Shown here: positions 39,841 to 53,663 of the stretch, one piece after another
How positions within the stretch are numbered: position 1 is the stretch's first letter
How the letters are laid out: the number at the start of each line of letters is the position of its first letter
Assembly: GCF_009834535.1 (NCBI RefSeq)
Contig: NC_045696.1
Coordinates: 26,848,001 to 26,912,000, forward strand
Direction of reading: 5' to 3'
DNA length: 64,000 nucleotides
From: Camelus ferus
Taxonomy: Eukaryota
Program-made: the position numbers and the translations under genes
Notes under the pieces: model-generated
Told to the model about the DNA's origin: nothing
The model's database searches: none
Seen by the model: the letters and a program-made list of their open reading frames with translations, nothing else

Positions 39841-41117
39841 ATACATTTAAGGACTTGAATTGCTGAAGACCTTTTTGTAGTTCTGAAGGAAGAATCAAGT
39901 CATTAAAAAAAAAAAAAAAAGATGTAACCCCATATGCTACATGCTGGCCATGCCCAAGATGTGTGGGGCTCAGCTCATATTCCCACACTATATACACATT
40001 ATATTTAATGTAATGAAAACTGACCCCCATGATAATAAACTTGAGATATACAAGATATTCAGACCAAAAAAAAAAAAAAAAGATTAATTATAATCAGTAT
40101 ACAATCGCCTCGAACACATCACAAGTAACATTGATCTTCCCTATTGTGAAGTTCTTGATACATAGTAGATGCTCAGTAAATATTTCCTGAGTGTATGTAT
40201 TCAACAAATAAATTCTAGAATTTTAAGCTGGGAAACAAGCAAATATGTTTCAGAAAATTTTCTAACCACAAGGATTGAAACAAAAATTTTTTCTGATGAA
40301 CATAATCAGTTGGAACAATGCATTTCACAACTGAAGTCTCTAAATATATTGTAAATAGAAGTAGTCTTGTGATTTTCAGTGATGTCTTAATTATGCTGGT
40401 TGTAAATAAAGTACATTTAAAGCAGAAAATGTCATGCAGTGTCACCAGAAGAAAGTTTCCTCTGTGGTTCAGTGAAAGGAGGTATATTGAGTCCAACTGA
40501 ATTCAGTTTAAAACCCAGTTCTAGAAATATTGGTTGGGTCCCTGGGCAACTACTTAGAGCTTCTAAGCTGGAATTTGTTCATTTTCAAAAGGGATAAAAC
40601 CACAGCTGGTTTATCTGATTATCTGGATATGGCCTCAAAATCTCAATAGCTCCTGGATGGCTCCCTAGAATCTTAAGGCCAGTGACGTTGGGAATATTGT
40701 CAAGATCTGCATACTAAAGGAATATGGCAGTTTAATGAGACAATCAATGGATAGCAATTTCATGACAAATAGTTGCTAATTTTAAAGCTACTGTTTTATT
40801 AAAATGGTACTGAAATAATACCATAGCAAGCACTCATTCTTGTTAAAAATTTAAATCTCCAAGTGAACCAATACATAACTTCATATTGTGATCAATTTCT
40901 AAAGTTTAATACCACACTTATGCCATCCTCGGAAACAAAAGATATATGCCACTTCTGTGCATAATAATAATGATTCACATGATGGAATTTTGCAGATTGT
41001 GATAGAAGGTTTTCATCTTCAAAAATATCTTTGTCACTGACTGCCATGACAGTAATACCTTAATATTACCATGAGAAACCATTGGAGTTGTGTTCTTAAA
41101 TGCAAATTAAGGAGTGG

Positions 41118-41193
41118 TAAGGCTGAACCATATGAAACTACCATTCTATGTCAAAAGCAAACACATACAGATAATTTAATATGGTTAAACTTT
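41118..41193. mobile_element. MADE2 mariner MITE
   Basis: Imperfect terminal inverted repeats 'aggctgaaccatatgaaa' ... 'tttaatatggttaaact'; ~76 bp. Confidence 0.75.
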
Positions 41194-43660
41194 TATATTT
41201 AGTCCATAATCAAGCATTAACATTTTACAAGAAAGTATCAGATTATCTCCCAGTAGGAAATGAAAGAACGGTATGCCAGGATAGGGGAATGAAGAGATGG
41301 AAAAAGGAGTTTTAAAAGTTCCAGACTCAAGTAATGGTATTATCTTATAATGCCATCAAAATGCAATCACTAAACAAACAGAAAAAAAAAAATGGAATAA
41401 CTTGGTTTTGGATGAGTTACAAAAAGGAGCAAAAGCAAGTTAAGACATTCTAAAGAAAAAGTAAATCAAGAAAACAAACTGATAGGTTCTTCAAATGTTT
41501 GTGGTGATCAGACCTTAGCCAGACATGACATTCCTGGTATTATTCACCATAGTCTGATGAATTTGTCTCTGAAGAATGTCAGAAAAAAAGTGCTAAAGAG
41601 CATGTTGTTATTTCTCTAGCACTAGGATGTATACATAAAGCTGGTACTACACACACACACACACAAACTCACAAACCTGATTCAGAGAGAAATAGTAATT
41701 TTTGCCTACTGAAGCTTACTAAAACAGCAAGCTACAGTTAATATCAATGAAAAGAAAAATAAATTTAAGTACATTGAAGGTTGGATTTTTTTTTCTTCCA
41801 TTTAATTCCCCAGGGCTTCCGCATTCTGGTTATTGAAAAAAAAAAAAACCAGAGTTTCCTTAATAAGCATTATTTTTAAAATGGGTAAAAGTACTACCGG
41901 ACTCAAATTAACTGTAACAACAAAATTAGAGTAAACTAAGTTCTGAATAGTCTTCCTCAGTTCAGTAATAAAAGCTTTGCTTTTATTTCAATTCAATACA
42001 TGATGTCTTTAAACAAAAATTTTTTTTAATACTTGCAACATTTGATTTTTGCTGCCAGGATTACCAGTATGACTCCTTTTCTTTCTATCCAGCCATGCAT
42101 CCTTCTGTCCTTCTGTTAATGCCAAATATGATGGCTAGAGGGTATACACATCTGCCCTGGGCAAATACAATCAGTGTTTCTTCCACAAACACAGACTCCC
42201 ATGACAACCAAACAGAAAGGGGGAAAAAATGAGAAGCTAAGGATATTAAATGTCTCTTAGACCCACCGCCTGATTCTCATTTGACCCACTATCTGGGTCT
42301 TATTAAGCCTGCCCTGATCTCTTTTATTTCCATAGCCTTTTACAAGCCAGACAAATGGCATCCTAAGGATTCATACTCTTCATGTGACTCAACAGCAGTC
42401 CAGCAAGGAACGAGAGCATTTGTGAAGCCATTTTATTTCCATCTTTTTGAGGTTGCTGGGTTCTTCTGCAGAGGCTATCAACCCTGGCTGTGTGAGGACA
42501 CCTGTCCACCAGAACGAGCCTAAGATTACTAGTTCATTTCACATGGGTCCCCATACTGATATCAAATAGCAGTAGCTTTTGTTTATTACCAGCTTAGATC
42601 AGATTCAAACTGGAGGCTCAAAGCTAAAAGGCTTAACCTCCAGCCCCTTCACCTTGGGTCACTCCCAATCTGTCTCTGGGGCACTTTTAATTAATGGCAG
42701 AGAGAAAAGGATTATAAATTCCAGAATTCCCATATCCCAGCCCTCTGGATGTCCAGCTCACTGACAGCTAAGAAAGCTTTCCATTAACACACATTTGTTC
42801 ATGTGATTATATCTGCACAAACCAAATTAGTGCAGACACAAGGAGGCAATTACCTTGAAAATTCAGGCTAAAATAGAAATACTTCAACTGAGGTTTGGGA
42901 ATTTACCTTTTTGAGATTGGAGAAACCTGCCAGATGACACTCTTGCATTGAATTTAAATTTGCATGTGCTGGTGACAAAGGGCAAAGAAATTCATAAAGT
43001 ACAGGTGATTATCCAGAGCATTAAAACCCAGCCATCCCATACTGAGAGAAAAAAAAATAGAAGAAAGTCATAAGCAACTAGATTTATCTAATTCATCAAT
43101 TAGCCAAAATCTAATGCTGCCTTACGGTATAAATATGTCTAGGACTATTACAGAGTGGGAAAACAAAATTGCTAGGTAGCAATTTTGCAAGTGTTCTATA
43201 TATTTGTTTTCTAGTGGAAAAGTCCAAGGTTAAAGAAAGTTCTAGGACAACTGAATATCCTTTCTGAATCATGTACTTCTTTTGCCCATGTCTATGACAC
43301 CTATAGCTTTGTTTTAAACTGGTGAGATGTGTTAAGAATAAGATAGTTGTTGTATCGAACACAGTGAAAATAAGATATAGTTGTATAGATACAAGAATAA
43401 GACAGTTGTATAGAACATAGTGCAAATCTTTTTCTGAAGCTACTTCTGAAAACAGGTACCCGAACTAAGAGTACTAATACAAACACCAAGCACACAGCTA
43501 AGCCTGCCTCATGCTAGGCTCTTTCACATGATATTAAATTTCATCTTCACAGCTATCATAGGAGGGCAGTATTATTATATTGTATAGATAAAGAAACTGA
43601 GGCGTATTTATAAGAATATTAATTCTTTGGTATACATACATATTTTAAAGCCTAACTATC

Positions 43661-44104
43661 TGTTACAGGTTGAATTGTGTCTCTCCCCAAAAAGATATTC
43701 TAAAGTACAAACCCCCAATACATATGAATGTAACCTTGTTCAAAAATACGGTCTTAGCAGGTTTAAAAAAGTTAGGAATGGGCTGGGCCTTAATCCGATT
43801 TAACTGATGTTCTTATAAGAAGAGGAATGTTTAGACACAGACATAGAGATCTGAGGAAAAGGCCATGTGAAGATGGAGGCAGAGACTGGAGTGATGCAGG
43901 TGCAACTCAAGGAATGCCAAGGATTGCTGGCGGTCACCGGAAGCTAGAAGCAAGGCATGGAACAGATTCTCAGACCACTCAGAATGAACCAAACCTGCCA
44001 ACGTGCTGATTTTGGACTTCCAGGCTGTACGCTCTGAAATTTCTGTTGTTTTAAGCCAGCTAGGCCATAGTCCTTTGTTGTGGCAGCCCTGGGAAACCAA
44101 TACA
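43661..44104 (+). mobile_element. MLT1C-like MaLR solo LTR, full length
   Basis: TG start 'tgttacaggttgaattgtgtc', 'ggccatgtgaagatggaggcagagactggagtgatgc', CA end 'gcagccctgggaaaccaataca'. Confidence 0.9.
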
Positions 44105-44489
44105 TCACCCAGCAGAGGAGAGAGAGTAACAGTGGAGAGGTTCATATAATAAGCAAATTCAGACAATGCTGGTATAAGTCTCTTTTATGCTTCTTTATAA
44201 AAACACCTAGAGCATTTCCAGCAGGAAAAGATGTGTATCTGGACTAGAAATGGGTCCTTACACAGTTATATTTTGAGTTACACATTAAAAATTATGACCA
44301 CATATCTCCCTTCCTCAAAAAAAAAAAAAAATCTCAATAACGGAAATCCTGTTGAATTCCCAACTTCTAAACCCAGCAGTGCCTTGCATGGCATAAGCTC
44401 TCAAAAGATGTCTAATAATTAGACATATGACTCTCCTCCTTTTCCAGACTTACCTTGTCTGCTTCCATGTAGAGGCACGCAAAAACACT

Positions 44490-44912
44490 GCAGCTAAACG
44501 GAACTCTTGGCTATTTAGCAAAACATGCCTTCCTCTTTCCCACTGCCTTTCCTTTACTCATGCTGGGGCCATCATGTTAAAGGACTGCCCTTCTTCCCTC
44601 TTCACTAACTTCAACATGTTTAAATCCTACTACACATTAAAACTATCTGATGAGACATCTCCTGTGTCAATCCTTTACTGATTACGGTGACTTTGGGTTT
44701 GTTATTCCTCTTCTCTCTGGCAACTTGTGGCTTTTTCAGTTTTGTAATTTGCCATAGAGTCCTGTGAGTGTTTATCTTATCTCCACTACTATTTTAGAAA
44801 TCTCTTAGATCAGGAGATAGTCCTACTCATCTTTTAGGCTCTGCCCCAACCTCCAGCACCTTGTATAATGCCTTACACAGAGTTGGTCCTCTGTAAGTAT
44901 TTGCTGAATTGA
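44490..44912 (+). mobile_element. L2 3' end relic
   Basis: 'tttatcttatctccactac', 'caggagatagtcctactcatctt', 'gccttacacagagttggtcctctgtaagtatttgctgaattga'. Confidence 0.65.
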
Positions 44913-45714
44913 TTTTAAGTTAGAATTAAGCGGCATAGGATCTCTTGGGTTGAAAAATCACATTGCAGACGGCATGCTTATATTGCTCAAGATGGCTGCG
45001 CCAGTGGAGCAAGGCATATGCTGCAAATTCTTCATCTAAATGGTAGGAGCTACTGAAGGAAAGGTTTTCATAAAAGGTTATCTACAATCAAAAGAAATAA
45101 GAGAAACAGGCAAAAGCTACAGAATTTTTTCCCTATCCATACAGTGGCAATTCATTTGTCTGGTTGGTATATCTGCTAGATTCCAGTGTTAGATTCAAAA
45201 TAAAGCTAATTTGCATTGGCATAGCGACTTAACTCACTAGTGTATTATTACTATGTAAGCAGGTGTACATGCGACTACAAATAAATGCTTGCTGATGGAA
45301 TCCCAGCAGGGCTTCTGATGAGTTTTCATTTTGTTGAACCTTGCCCAGGAAATTACTGTGTAAAAACTTTGCTATTAGTTTTTTGCCTGAAATATCGTTT
45401 AGCTACACCTGGCCAAATTCATGGCAATTATACTAACTATACAAAGAGGACATTCCAAAATTCTCATCGGCCTTTTATATTCATTTTCTCAAATTTATTA
45501 CTGACATAATAGAAATATACAAACACAAACATTCTCAAATCCCAAAAGGCACACATTAAGACAAACTTAGCATTTAAAAGTCAAAATAACTTATAAAAAT
45601 AGGACAACTTAAGTCAATCTTTCCCTGGAATAGAATTCACACTGTAAGTTATCAGCTCTAAGCTTCAAGCTACTGTTTACTAATGATATGCACAACATAA
45701 AACTTATGTGTCTT

Positions 45715-45780
45715 TTTTTTATTAACTCACCTATAGGCTTTATTTAGATCTCACCATTTTTTTTTCTACTAGCATCTGAT
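45715..45780 (-). other. 66-bp TSD-flanked polyadenylated retro-insertion
   Basis: 14-bp perfect TSD aacttatgtgtctt at 45701-45714 and 45781-45794. T-tract at the left end and AATAAA on the minus strand. Confidence 0.7.
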
Positions 45781-46283
45781 AACTTATGTGTCTTAATTGC
45801 AGCCCTAAATATGCTTAAATGGAAATAATAAAAAAAAAAACTGTTTTACTGCATCATGTGATACACTAAAAAGCTGACCATCAAATTTGGGGCTCTTAGT
45901 GCCACAGTATATAACCACATATATCAAATTTTTGTCATAGCAAGTTATGTGACATGATCAAACCCACCATGTAGTGACACCTGTGTTATAATGAATTTTA
46001 TTATACATATTACAATGCATCAGTAGGTTTTGGGATTTAAAATATTTTAGTCAACAAAGATTTACTGTATGTCTCCTTTGTATGAATTTCTCTGGGAAAG
46101 GTTCAGTTACGAAGACTATAAGGTAGTCTCTGATTTCAAATTTCTCACTCTGTTTTGAAATGGGAAATGAAACAATATTCACATGAAAGAAGGCAGTGTA
46201 TGCCAAATGGCAAAATGCTTGGTCCAGACAATGGTGGAGTGAGATAGTCAGGAGAGGAAGAGGTCGGGGAGGTGCCCGTGAGA

Positions 46284-46415
46284 TAGGGTGACCATGTGTC
46301 CTGATTTGAATGGAAGAATTGTAATTTATCCTTATACACCTGGTGTAATAATTAATATGACCCACTCTACTCTTAAAAGTGCTTTGATTTAAATGATAAT
46401 TATGTGTTCATTCTA
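46284..46415 (-). mobile_element. MER94-like hAT-Blackjack MITE
   Basis: TIR 'tagggtgaccat', internal 'gtgtaataattaatatgaccc..tactcttaaaagtg..gatttaaatgataattat'; ~130 bp. Confidence 0.75.
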
Positions 46416-46772
46416 CCACAGGAACAAACAGACAAGTGTGGCTTTGAAAGTAAAGTAGAATTCAAATAAGCAGAAGAGTGTTTTTGGAAATCTAAGACAA
46501 GTAAATGGTATATGCAAAGGAATAAAAAAGAACCACAGAGATCAACAGATTGGATGAAGTACCAATTTGTCCAAGGAGGCCTTGTCTGTGTTTGAACTGC
46601 AAGGAACTCTGCACCAGAGATCTAACCTCCTCAATGATTTGTCCTGAGAACACAAAAGGGTTTCTTCCAGGGTGTGTTTTAAGGACCATTACTCTATCCT
46701 GAAAATGTAGCAGGAAGAGGAATCATCTGGGGACACACCACAATCTCACACAGTATCACCTGTCTCCTGCCA

Positions 46773-47019
46773 AGGGGAGCCAGGTTTAACAACAAAATGA
46801 AACAAAACAAAAATAGAATGTTCAGTTAAATTTGAATTTCCTATAATCAGTCAATAATTTTTTTAGTATAAGATATTTCAAAATATTGCATGGCACATAA
46901 ATCACAGTCCTTTTTCAGTATGACCCGATTATGGCATGAGATATATTTAAAAAGTTGGTTTTTGTGTGAAATTCAAATTTGACTGGGCATCCTATATTTT
47001 AACTGCAACTATAGCCCTG
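46773..47019. mobile_element. MER53 palindromic hAT MITE
   Basis: Inverted arms 'cagttaaatttgaatttc' and 'gaaattcaaatttgactg' around the core 'aaatattgcatgg'. Confidence 0.85.
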
Positions 47020-47424
47020 CCTTATTTCAACCATCAAGGGTTACCCTTGACTGTTTCTGGGGTTGATGAAACTCTCCAGTCCTTGACTCAGAAGATCAGC
47101 TTCTTTCACTTTCAAAGGTAATTTCTATTTTGAGCTTAGGAAGTTTGTATGATAATTTTACAATTATTAGTGATGCTTTTCTCAGATATAGCCTGGTCTA
47201 AGTTTATGTATCATATACCATGAATTAAAACTCAAATCTCAATTTCTAATTTAGATTAGTCCTCTAAGGTGATTAACAGTAAAGGTGCTTAATGATTATC
47301 TAACACGAGTTCAATTGATGCTCTTTTTCTCATGATTGGCAACTCTAAAATTTAAGGCAGTATGTTGAAACTGATGGAATCCTGTAATATTTACTGAACT
47401 GCTGCATTTTCTCAGTTTCTTCCA

Positions 47425-47570
47425 CAATGACCCTGAGAAGTATTCACCACATTAGCTACATGAGAAATGGGAAAATAGGCTCAGTGCAGTTTAGGGATAT
47501 ACTTCAAAATCCCCATAGCCAGCTAATGGTAATGGTATTAACTTTTCAACCCAAACCCCTGATGGCAAAT
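47425..47570 (-). mobile_element. MIR relic
   Basis: 'cacaatgaccctgagaagta..tgagaaatgggaaaataggctcagtgcagtttaggga..catagccagctaatggt'. Confidence 0.6.
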
Positions 47571-50514
47571 TTAGCCAATTTATTTACACTGCAGTATAGG
47601 CAGCTCCAACAGAGCAGTGGATATTCCTTGTCATTATTGTTAAGATACTCTCAAAATTTCCTGAACTATAAATGAAAATGTGTTGTTGCTTTCTGATTAA
47701 ATATGTGACTATTTTTCTCAGGTCTTTTCTCTTTTGATTAATATAATAAGAAGAAAAGTAGCAGTGATAATATGTAACACTTGTGTCAAGCACTGTTCCT
47801 GGTTCTATTTTACTCAATGTTATTAAACTGTCATTGAATGATTTTATTCAGTAATCAAGACTTCCTTAAACCATTTGAACCCTGAAAAATGACATTATCA
47901 GTTTACAATCTTCTGACACATGGACATAACCTTTTGACAGTTACCATAAGACATACTTTCACATCTTAATGTTATCAGTTTGGCAGATGTACAGTTCTAC
48001 ATCAAGGAATAGACTTTGAAGCCTGAAAAAACAATTCTCAGCAATGAAAAAAAAAGGTACATTCTCCATGATGAAAAATAAATACTAAGAAATATTCAAA
48101 TGTTGAAGCACCAAGCCTTCTGCGGGTGGTTATAGATACTTAGAAGAAGCTCTTAATGTTACAGTTAATGGAAAGGAATCCTAGAAACTCAGCGAGCAAA
48201 GAGCAAATAGCAGCTGATGACAAAAATTGCTAAAAACTTACAGTCTTGTTTTCAAAGAACAAGCTCTCATTCAACATCAGTTGCCCCCCAGCCCTGAAAG
48301 TCTCTTGCAACTTCACAGACACCTTTCTTGGCTTTCTTCCCTGTGGCTGCCTGCTTCCCCACGGAGAGCAGGAGGTATTTTCTCACCATTCTGAGCTATT
48401 CTTTGGTTTTCCCACTTCCTTTGTGACTATCACCAAGCCCAAAAGACCCATTCCAACTTTCCATTTGGTTCAAGCCTTTAATCTGAATGGCTGATCTTAA
48501 TCAAAAACAACGGATTGTATAGGAAGTGTGATAGACAAAAAATTATTTCACTTGTTAAGCGTGGCTTGCCTCACGTATATAACAATATAATTAAACAAGA
48601 GGTTAACCTCTTTATTTTTAGACCAACAGCACAATAATGCCTTAACTACACAATTACCACAGTACTTAAGCCAATTATATGCATATGCAATAACAGGAAA
48701 ATCACGTTCTCCCATGATCACTAGAGAATAAAAACAAGAAAGAAAAATTCTTTTGGGAGATTTTCTATTACTGGTAGTGAAATCTGAGGATAACCTAAAA
48801 GTGACATAAAAATTAATGGCATTCATTGACATATTTGTGAACCACTTAACAGAATGGCCCAAATAAATGAGAAGAGCATGGAGTGAATGAGGTGAAAGTC
48901 AGACATAAGGACCATTTCACTGAATTATTTTTGTGTAGAATTTCTAATTTGAGAATTTATAAAGTCAACCAGCACTTCATAGGACAGAAATTGAGATCCA
49001 GAAATAGAGAGTTTTTAAGCTGCAGAACATTTGTATTTAACACAGCAAAATTCTATTGGGTATGGTAAAGACTCAAACAAAACATAGATTTGTATAGAGG
49101 CAGGGGATCACTAGAATGGAAAATATGTCTATGATCTGACATTTGCAAGCGATGCCATTCAATTCCTCCATGCACCAGAGGCCCTGATTGCCTCTCTGCA
49201 CGAAATAGTTGTGCTACTAGGATCTCTTCTAGTCTTTTCCCATGTACTTGCTGGTCTTATTCCCAAACTCCCCCTCTCTGAAAGTGGTCAAAGAGATGCT
49301 GGGTGACTGTGTATCTGGGATATTATCAAGAGGATTTCTGCACCGGTTGTGAGTGGAATTAGACATCTTTTAAGTTCTTTTCAAATTTCAAGGGCCTATA
49401 ACTTTATTGTGACCTTCCTCTAAATAACAGACACTTTGTTAAAGTACATTAAGACTGCGGATACACAATGCAGATGAGTAAACGAGTTGTTTCATCGTCA
49501 TAGAAATAATAGCGTTACAGAATCTTTGGTTTTATAAACTGAAATGATCTTGAGTTTGATCTTCCATGAGATGGGAATTTAGTATTCCCTGAAGAGGAGA
49601 TTTACCTGCACTTTGCATCCCATTACTGTCAGGAAGCTCTGTGAGTGGGCAGATTCCAATTTGAGAGACATCAACTTCTCTGCGAAGTTTTTTTAGACGC
49701 TTAGCTTTGATTTGTCAAGTCCACTCTGAAATATGTAAGTTATGAAATTCCCTGTTGGTACGATGGCAGGTGTGATTCTTTGACTGCATACTCAAGTGTT
49801 TACTACGTAACATATGTATCTTACTTTTCACATGACGGTAAAGGCTGACATAAAATCCGAGTTCCCTCTCATGAGTGGGCAACGTTTCCTTGGCCTCACA
49901 AAGCATAAAATCATAACAGCAACCACCCACTACCCTTGAGGTGACTCATCTGTCTGCACTGGTGTGATGACAATGTCCTTTGTCCTAGCTAACTTTTTCT
50001 GGTGATTCTACTGCTTACAATGCTTCTGGTGTGAACAATTTTTATGTTGCTGGTAATGTCTGTTCCTAGGATTCTGCCTCCTAATGCACCATGCACGTAA
50101 TGACACTCATGCATCCATCTTAAGACTTGCCATCTCATCTAGAGACTGTCACCAATTGGGACATGAATCTCTCTATTAGTGAAACCAATCTGACCACTAG
50201 TTTCTTTATTATTATTATGTTATCACTAGAGGCAAAAGATATTCAGCCTTTACAATGACCTTGTATGGGAGGCCATAGTAATTCCTGATAGAATCAAGCC
50301 TACACTTTGTGATACAAGTCCTAAGGTTCTGTTTGAATTACAGGAAGGGCCTTAACAATATATATCATAGTATTGAAGTATCTCATACATAATAGATACT
50401 TGTGTGCATTAAAATACATGCACTAAATTTTAATTTTCTGAAAACTCTTCATGAAATGAAAGAAAAAAATACCATTCTTCACTGAAAATGGTAGCATTTT
50501 GTGGATATAATTTC

Positions 50515-50763
50515 AGATTAGTTACCAGAGGGGAAAAGGGTGGAGGGAGGGACATGACAGGTGAAAGTCATTAATAGGTACAAACTACTAGGTATAAATA
50601 AAAAGTCATAAGGATGTAGGTGTACAGCACAGGAAATATAGTCCATATTTTATAACAACTTTATATGAAGTATAAGCTATAAAAATATTAAATCACTACG
50701 TTTTACACCTGAAACTAATGTAATATTATAAGTAAACTATACTTCAGTTAAAAAAGAAAAAAA
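50515..50763 (+). mobile_element. L1 3' UTR end with A-rich tail
   Basis: 'gttaccagaggggaa..gtacaaactactaggtataaa..gtacagcacaggaaatata..acacctgaaactaat..aactatacttcagttaaaaaagaaaaaaa'. Confidence 0.85.
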
Positions 50764-50979
50764 GCCAAATCAAAATTCTCTTCATTCTTCTCTTTCCTAG
50801 TGTTCATGGCCTCCTAACGTCATCTTTTCTTTAAACTTAAGTACTTTTTTTTTAATTCTTGTCTTTTTCCATTTACTCAATTAGAAAAACAAGAGGTAAT
50901 TCAGATTCTTAAAGTGAACATTGTTTCATTTTCCTTTGTTCAAAACCACTTACACTGACACCCTTCAGAGTCTATTCCA

Positions 50980-52180
50980 GTAAGACGCCCCTGTGCTTGT
51001 GTCTTTGTCTTTGATGAGGAAATTTCCCGAGGTTTGCTCTGTGCTATGAAACAAAGCCTAGGCAGCCGTGTCGACGCCCCAGCGATGCCAAACAGCCACG
51101 CTGTTGTTCCCCGTCTTCTCGCTGGGCTCTTGTTTGTTTCTTTGTTTGTTGTTTGTATTGAAATGGTCAGAAGGGACCTACCAAGAGTCCACCTGCGATG
51201 CCTGAGCCCTCAACTTCGTTCTCAATGTGAGTATAAAAAAGCCAAGGTGTGCACACTGCACAGTAAACAGCCCACACAAGTCACGTCAGTTTCTACTGTG
51301 CAACCCTGAACAATTTAAAATATTCCTGTCGGGTTGCATTTTACACAACACTACCACAATACAGGGAATACATTTAGACATTTCTGAAGGGAGGAAAATG
51401 GATATGATGGTGAGGAATTAGAAACAGGAGCACTGGCTGCCTGGAAGAACTACCCTTTGAGAGACCAGAAATCTAAAAAAGAATTTTTAAATTAAAAAAA
51501 AATAAATTAATAACTCAGTCAGTCAGATCTTTGTAAAGAAAATGAGGCTATTTTGTCAAAATAATAATCATGTTTTCTAAGGGCCGTCCTGCTAAAAATA
51601 CAGCTTCTCCAGAGAAGCAGCTACATGCTCTCTTTAAATAGCTCCATTTGGCTTGCATCGCTGCTTGTCCTTATCTTAACTGAATAAGAACTGTCTAATA
51701 TCCCTCTAAATGAAAGTAATTTGGGGACTCAGTCACACTGCACATCTGACAATCCCTTCCAGATGTGATTATGTAGAACTATCTCTCCCATTTACAATGG
51801 GCAAAGGGGGGGTTGGAGATGTTACATAGAAAATCACTTTTTCGGGCCCTTCTGAGATTGAAATAGGAGGGTGGTGCACATGACATTGAATACAGGTGAG
51901 TCACATGCTGGGCTTTGAAAAGAGAAGCATTCTCCCGGGCTATGAACAGGAGCCCTGCGTTCCCCTTTGAGGCTAACTGCAACCCTGTGATGAAAACCAC
52001 TGTATAAATGCAATAAGCCTTTGTTCACAGCACCGGCAGGTGTTGTTAAAGCCTCCTGTCCTCACTCTGACAATGTTCCAGAAACCTGACCTGCCGCAAC
52101 CCTGTTATTCCCACAATAGGAAGGCCCTGAGCAGAACAGTTAATTGTGCCAGACTGTGCAATTCCATTGTAATACTTAAT
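50980..52180. promoter_or_regulatory. Candidate enhancer or promoter (non-repetitive, CpG-retaining, motif-dense)
   Basis: About 12 CpGs in 50980-51290. TCF/LEF CTTTGAT 51009, NF-kB GGAAATTTCCC 51018, FOX GTAAACA 51263, CRE-like TCACGTCA 51281, MEF2-like CTAAAAATAC 51592, AP-1 TGAGTCA 51897. Confidence 0.4.
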
Positions 52181-53214
52181 AGGGAGGGACAACAGATTCT
52201 TATAGTTTGATTTTATACTGATAATCAGAGTAGATAAATAGATGTGTATGGGTATGTGTATGTGTATATATAATAATACCTCCACATATACACACACACA
52301 CATATGCAATCCCCATAATAATGCTGGGCTTGGAATGCCATGTCTAAATGCAGGGACTCTAAGATGTCACACAATTGCAGTACAATTTGATGAGAAGTTT
52401 CTGAGTTAGCTCTGACAGCAAGGTACCTAACTTATCCAAGATCTAAGACTATTCAATTTTAATCTTCGTCAATATTCAGAGCTATTTTTGTACAACTGCA
52501 TTGACTATATAAACAATTGTCTATCCAGCTTTTTTGCTCTCATTATTACCATCTTGAAACAGAATATCAAGCTGCTCATCAAGATGGTAGAAAATACTGC
52601 TGCAAAAAATTAGGTCATATTAGATAGGTGCAGTCTAGGGAAAATGGAAAATTAAGATAATTATTTGGGGAAAACGTAGGACAAGTAAAGACTTTCGAAC
52701 AAACATGCAAATAAAAAGTACAAAACTAGCAATTTAATTGATTACTTTGTCTTCTAGAAAATAGCTTTAGCTGTCCCCTAGCCTAGGATGTTTTCTGAGC
52801 TTCACGGTTTTAAATCTCTGTAGCAAGCAAAGTTTTGCAAAGTTTGGATCTCACTGACCACCTAGCTTATGGTTTTAGAACCAGAAATATGCGTGTGTTC
52901 AAATCATTATTCCATCATTTAGTACATATGTGACATCAGATAAGTTACTTATCTGTTTTATTTTGAGAATAAAGTGAGATGATACATATTTGTGCTTATC
53001 CCAGTGCCTACAGTAAATAACAAATTGTGACCATAATATTTTTTTCAGGGAATTCTGCTCTGCTTTGGTTGCAGGGTGTTAAAAACTCCTAAGATCTATC
53101 AATGCATTTTTACTATTTTCATTCAGCGCTTTTACACAATGATTTTTCATTCTAAGGTGAATACATTTTGATTGTTTTCTTTAATCAATAAGGAGAGTAA
53201 CTTTAACTTATTAA

Positions 53215-53640
53215 TTTACTGGAACAGAGACAAATATAGCAATGACAAACAAGACGGAAGCCTCTCTCTTGCACAGAAGTCTAAGTTGGTGTCCAGAAAG
53301 TGAAGGTGGCTCTGCTCAATGAGGCTGCGCGGGAGTGCAGACTCCTTTGAACCCTCTGTGCTACAGTATCACCCTCATTCATACAATGGAAGGAATTGCC
53401 ATCTTCCTGTCTGCATTCTAGCCTCCAGGGAGGTGGAAAGAGGAAATATAGGCTGAGCTGGTTTTCTTTAAGTGTACCACCTGGAAATTTTTCACTCCAC
53501 TTCTGCTTACATCGTATTAGCTAGACTATATAAGCACACCTGGCCACAAAAGCAGCTGGGAAATGACGTCTACAGCCCACTACCATATGCCCTGGCAAAA
53601 CTCAGCAGGTCAAATTGCTAAAACAATTTGAAAGACAATT
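53215..53640 (-). mobile_element. MLT1K/J-like MaLR LTR relic
   Basis: 'ggtggctctgctcaatgagg', 'gtctgcattctagcctccagggaggtgg', 'cacttctgcttacatcgtattagctaga', 'gctgggaaatg'. Confidence 0.7.
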
Positions 53641-53663
53641 ATGAGTTTATTTCAGAAGGTGCA

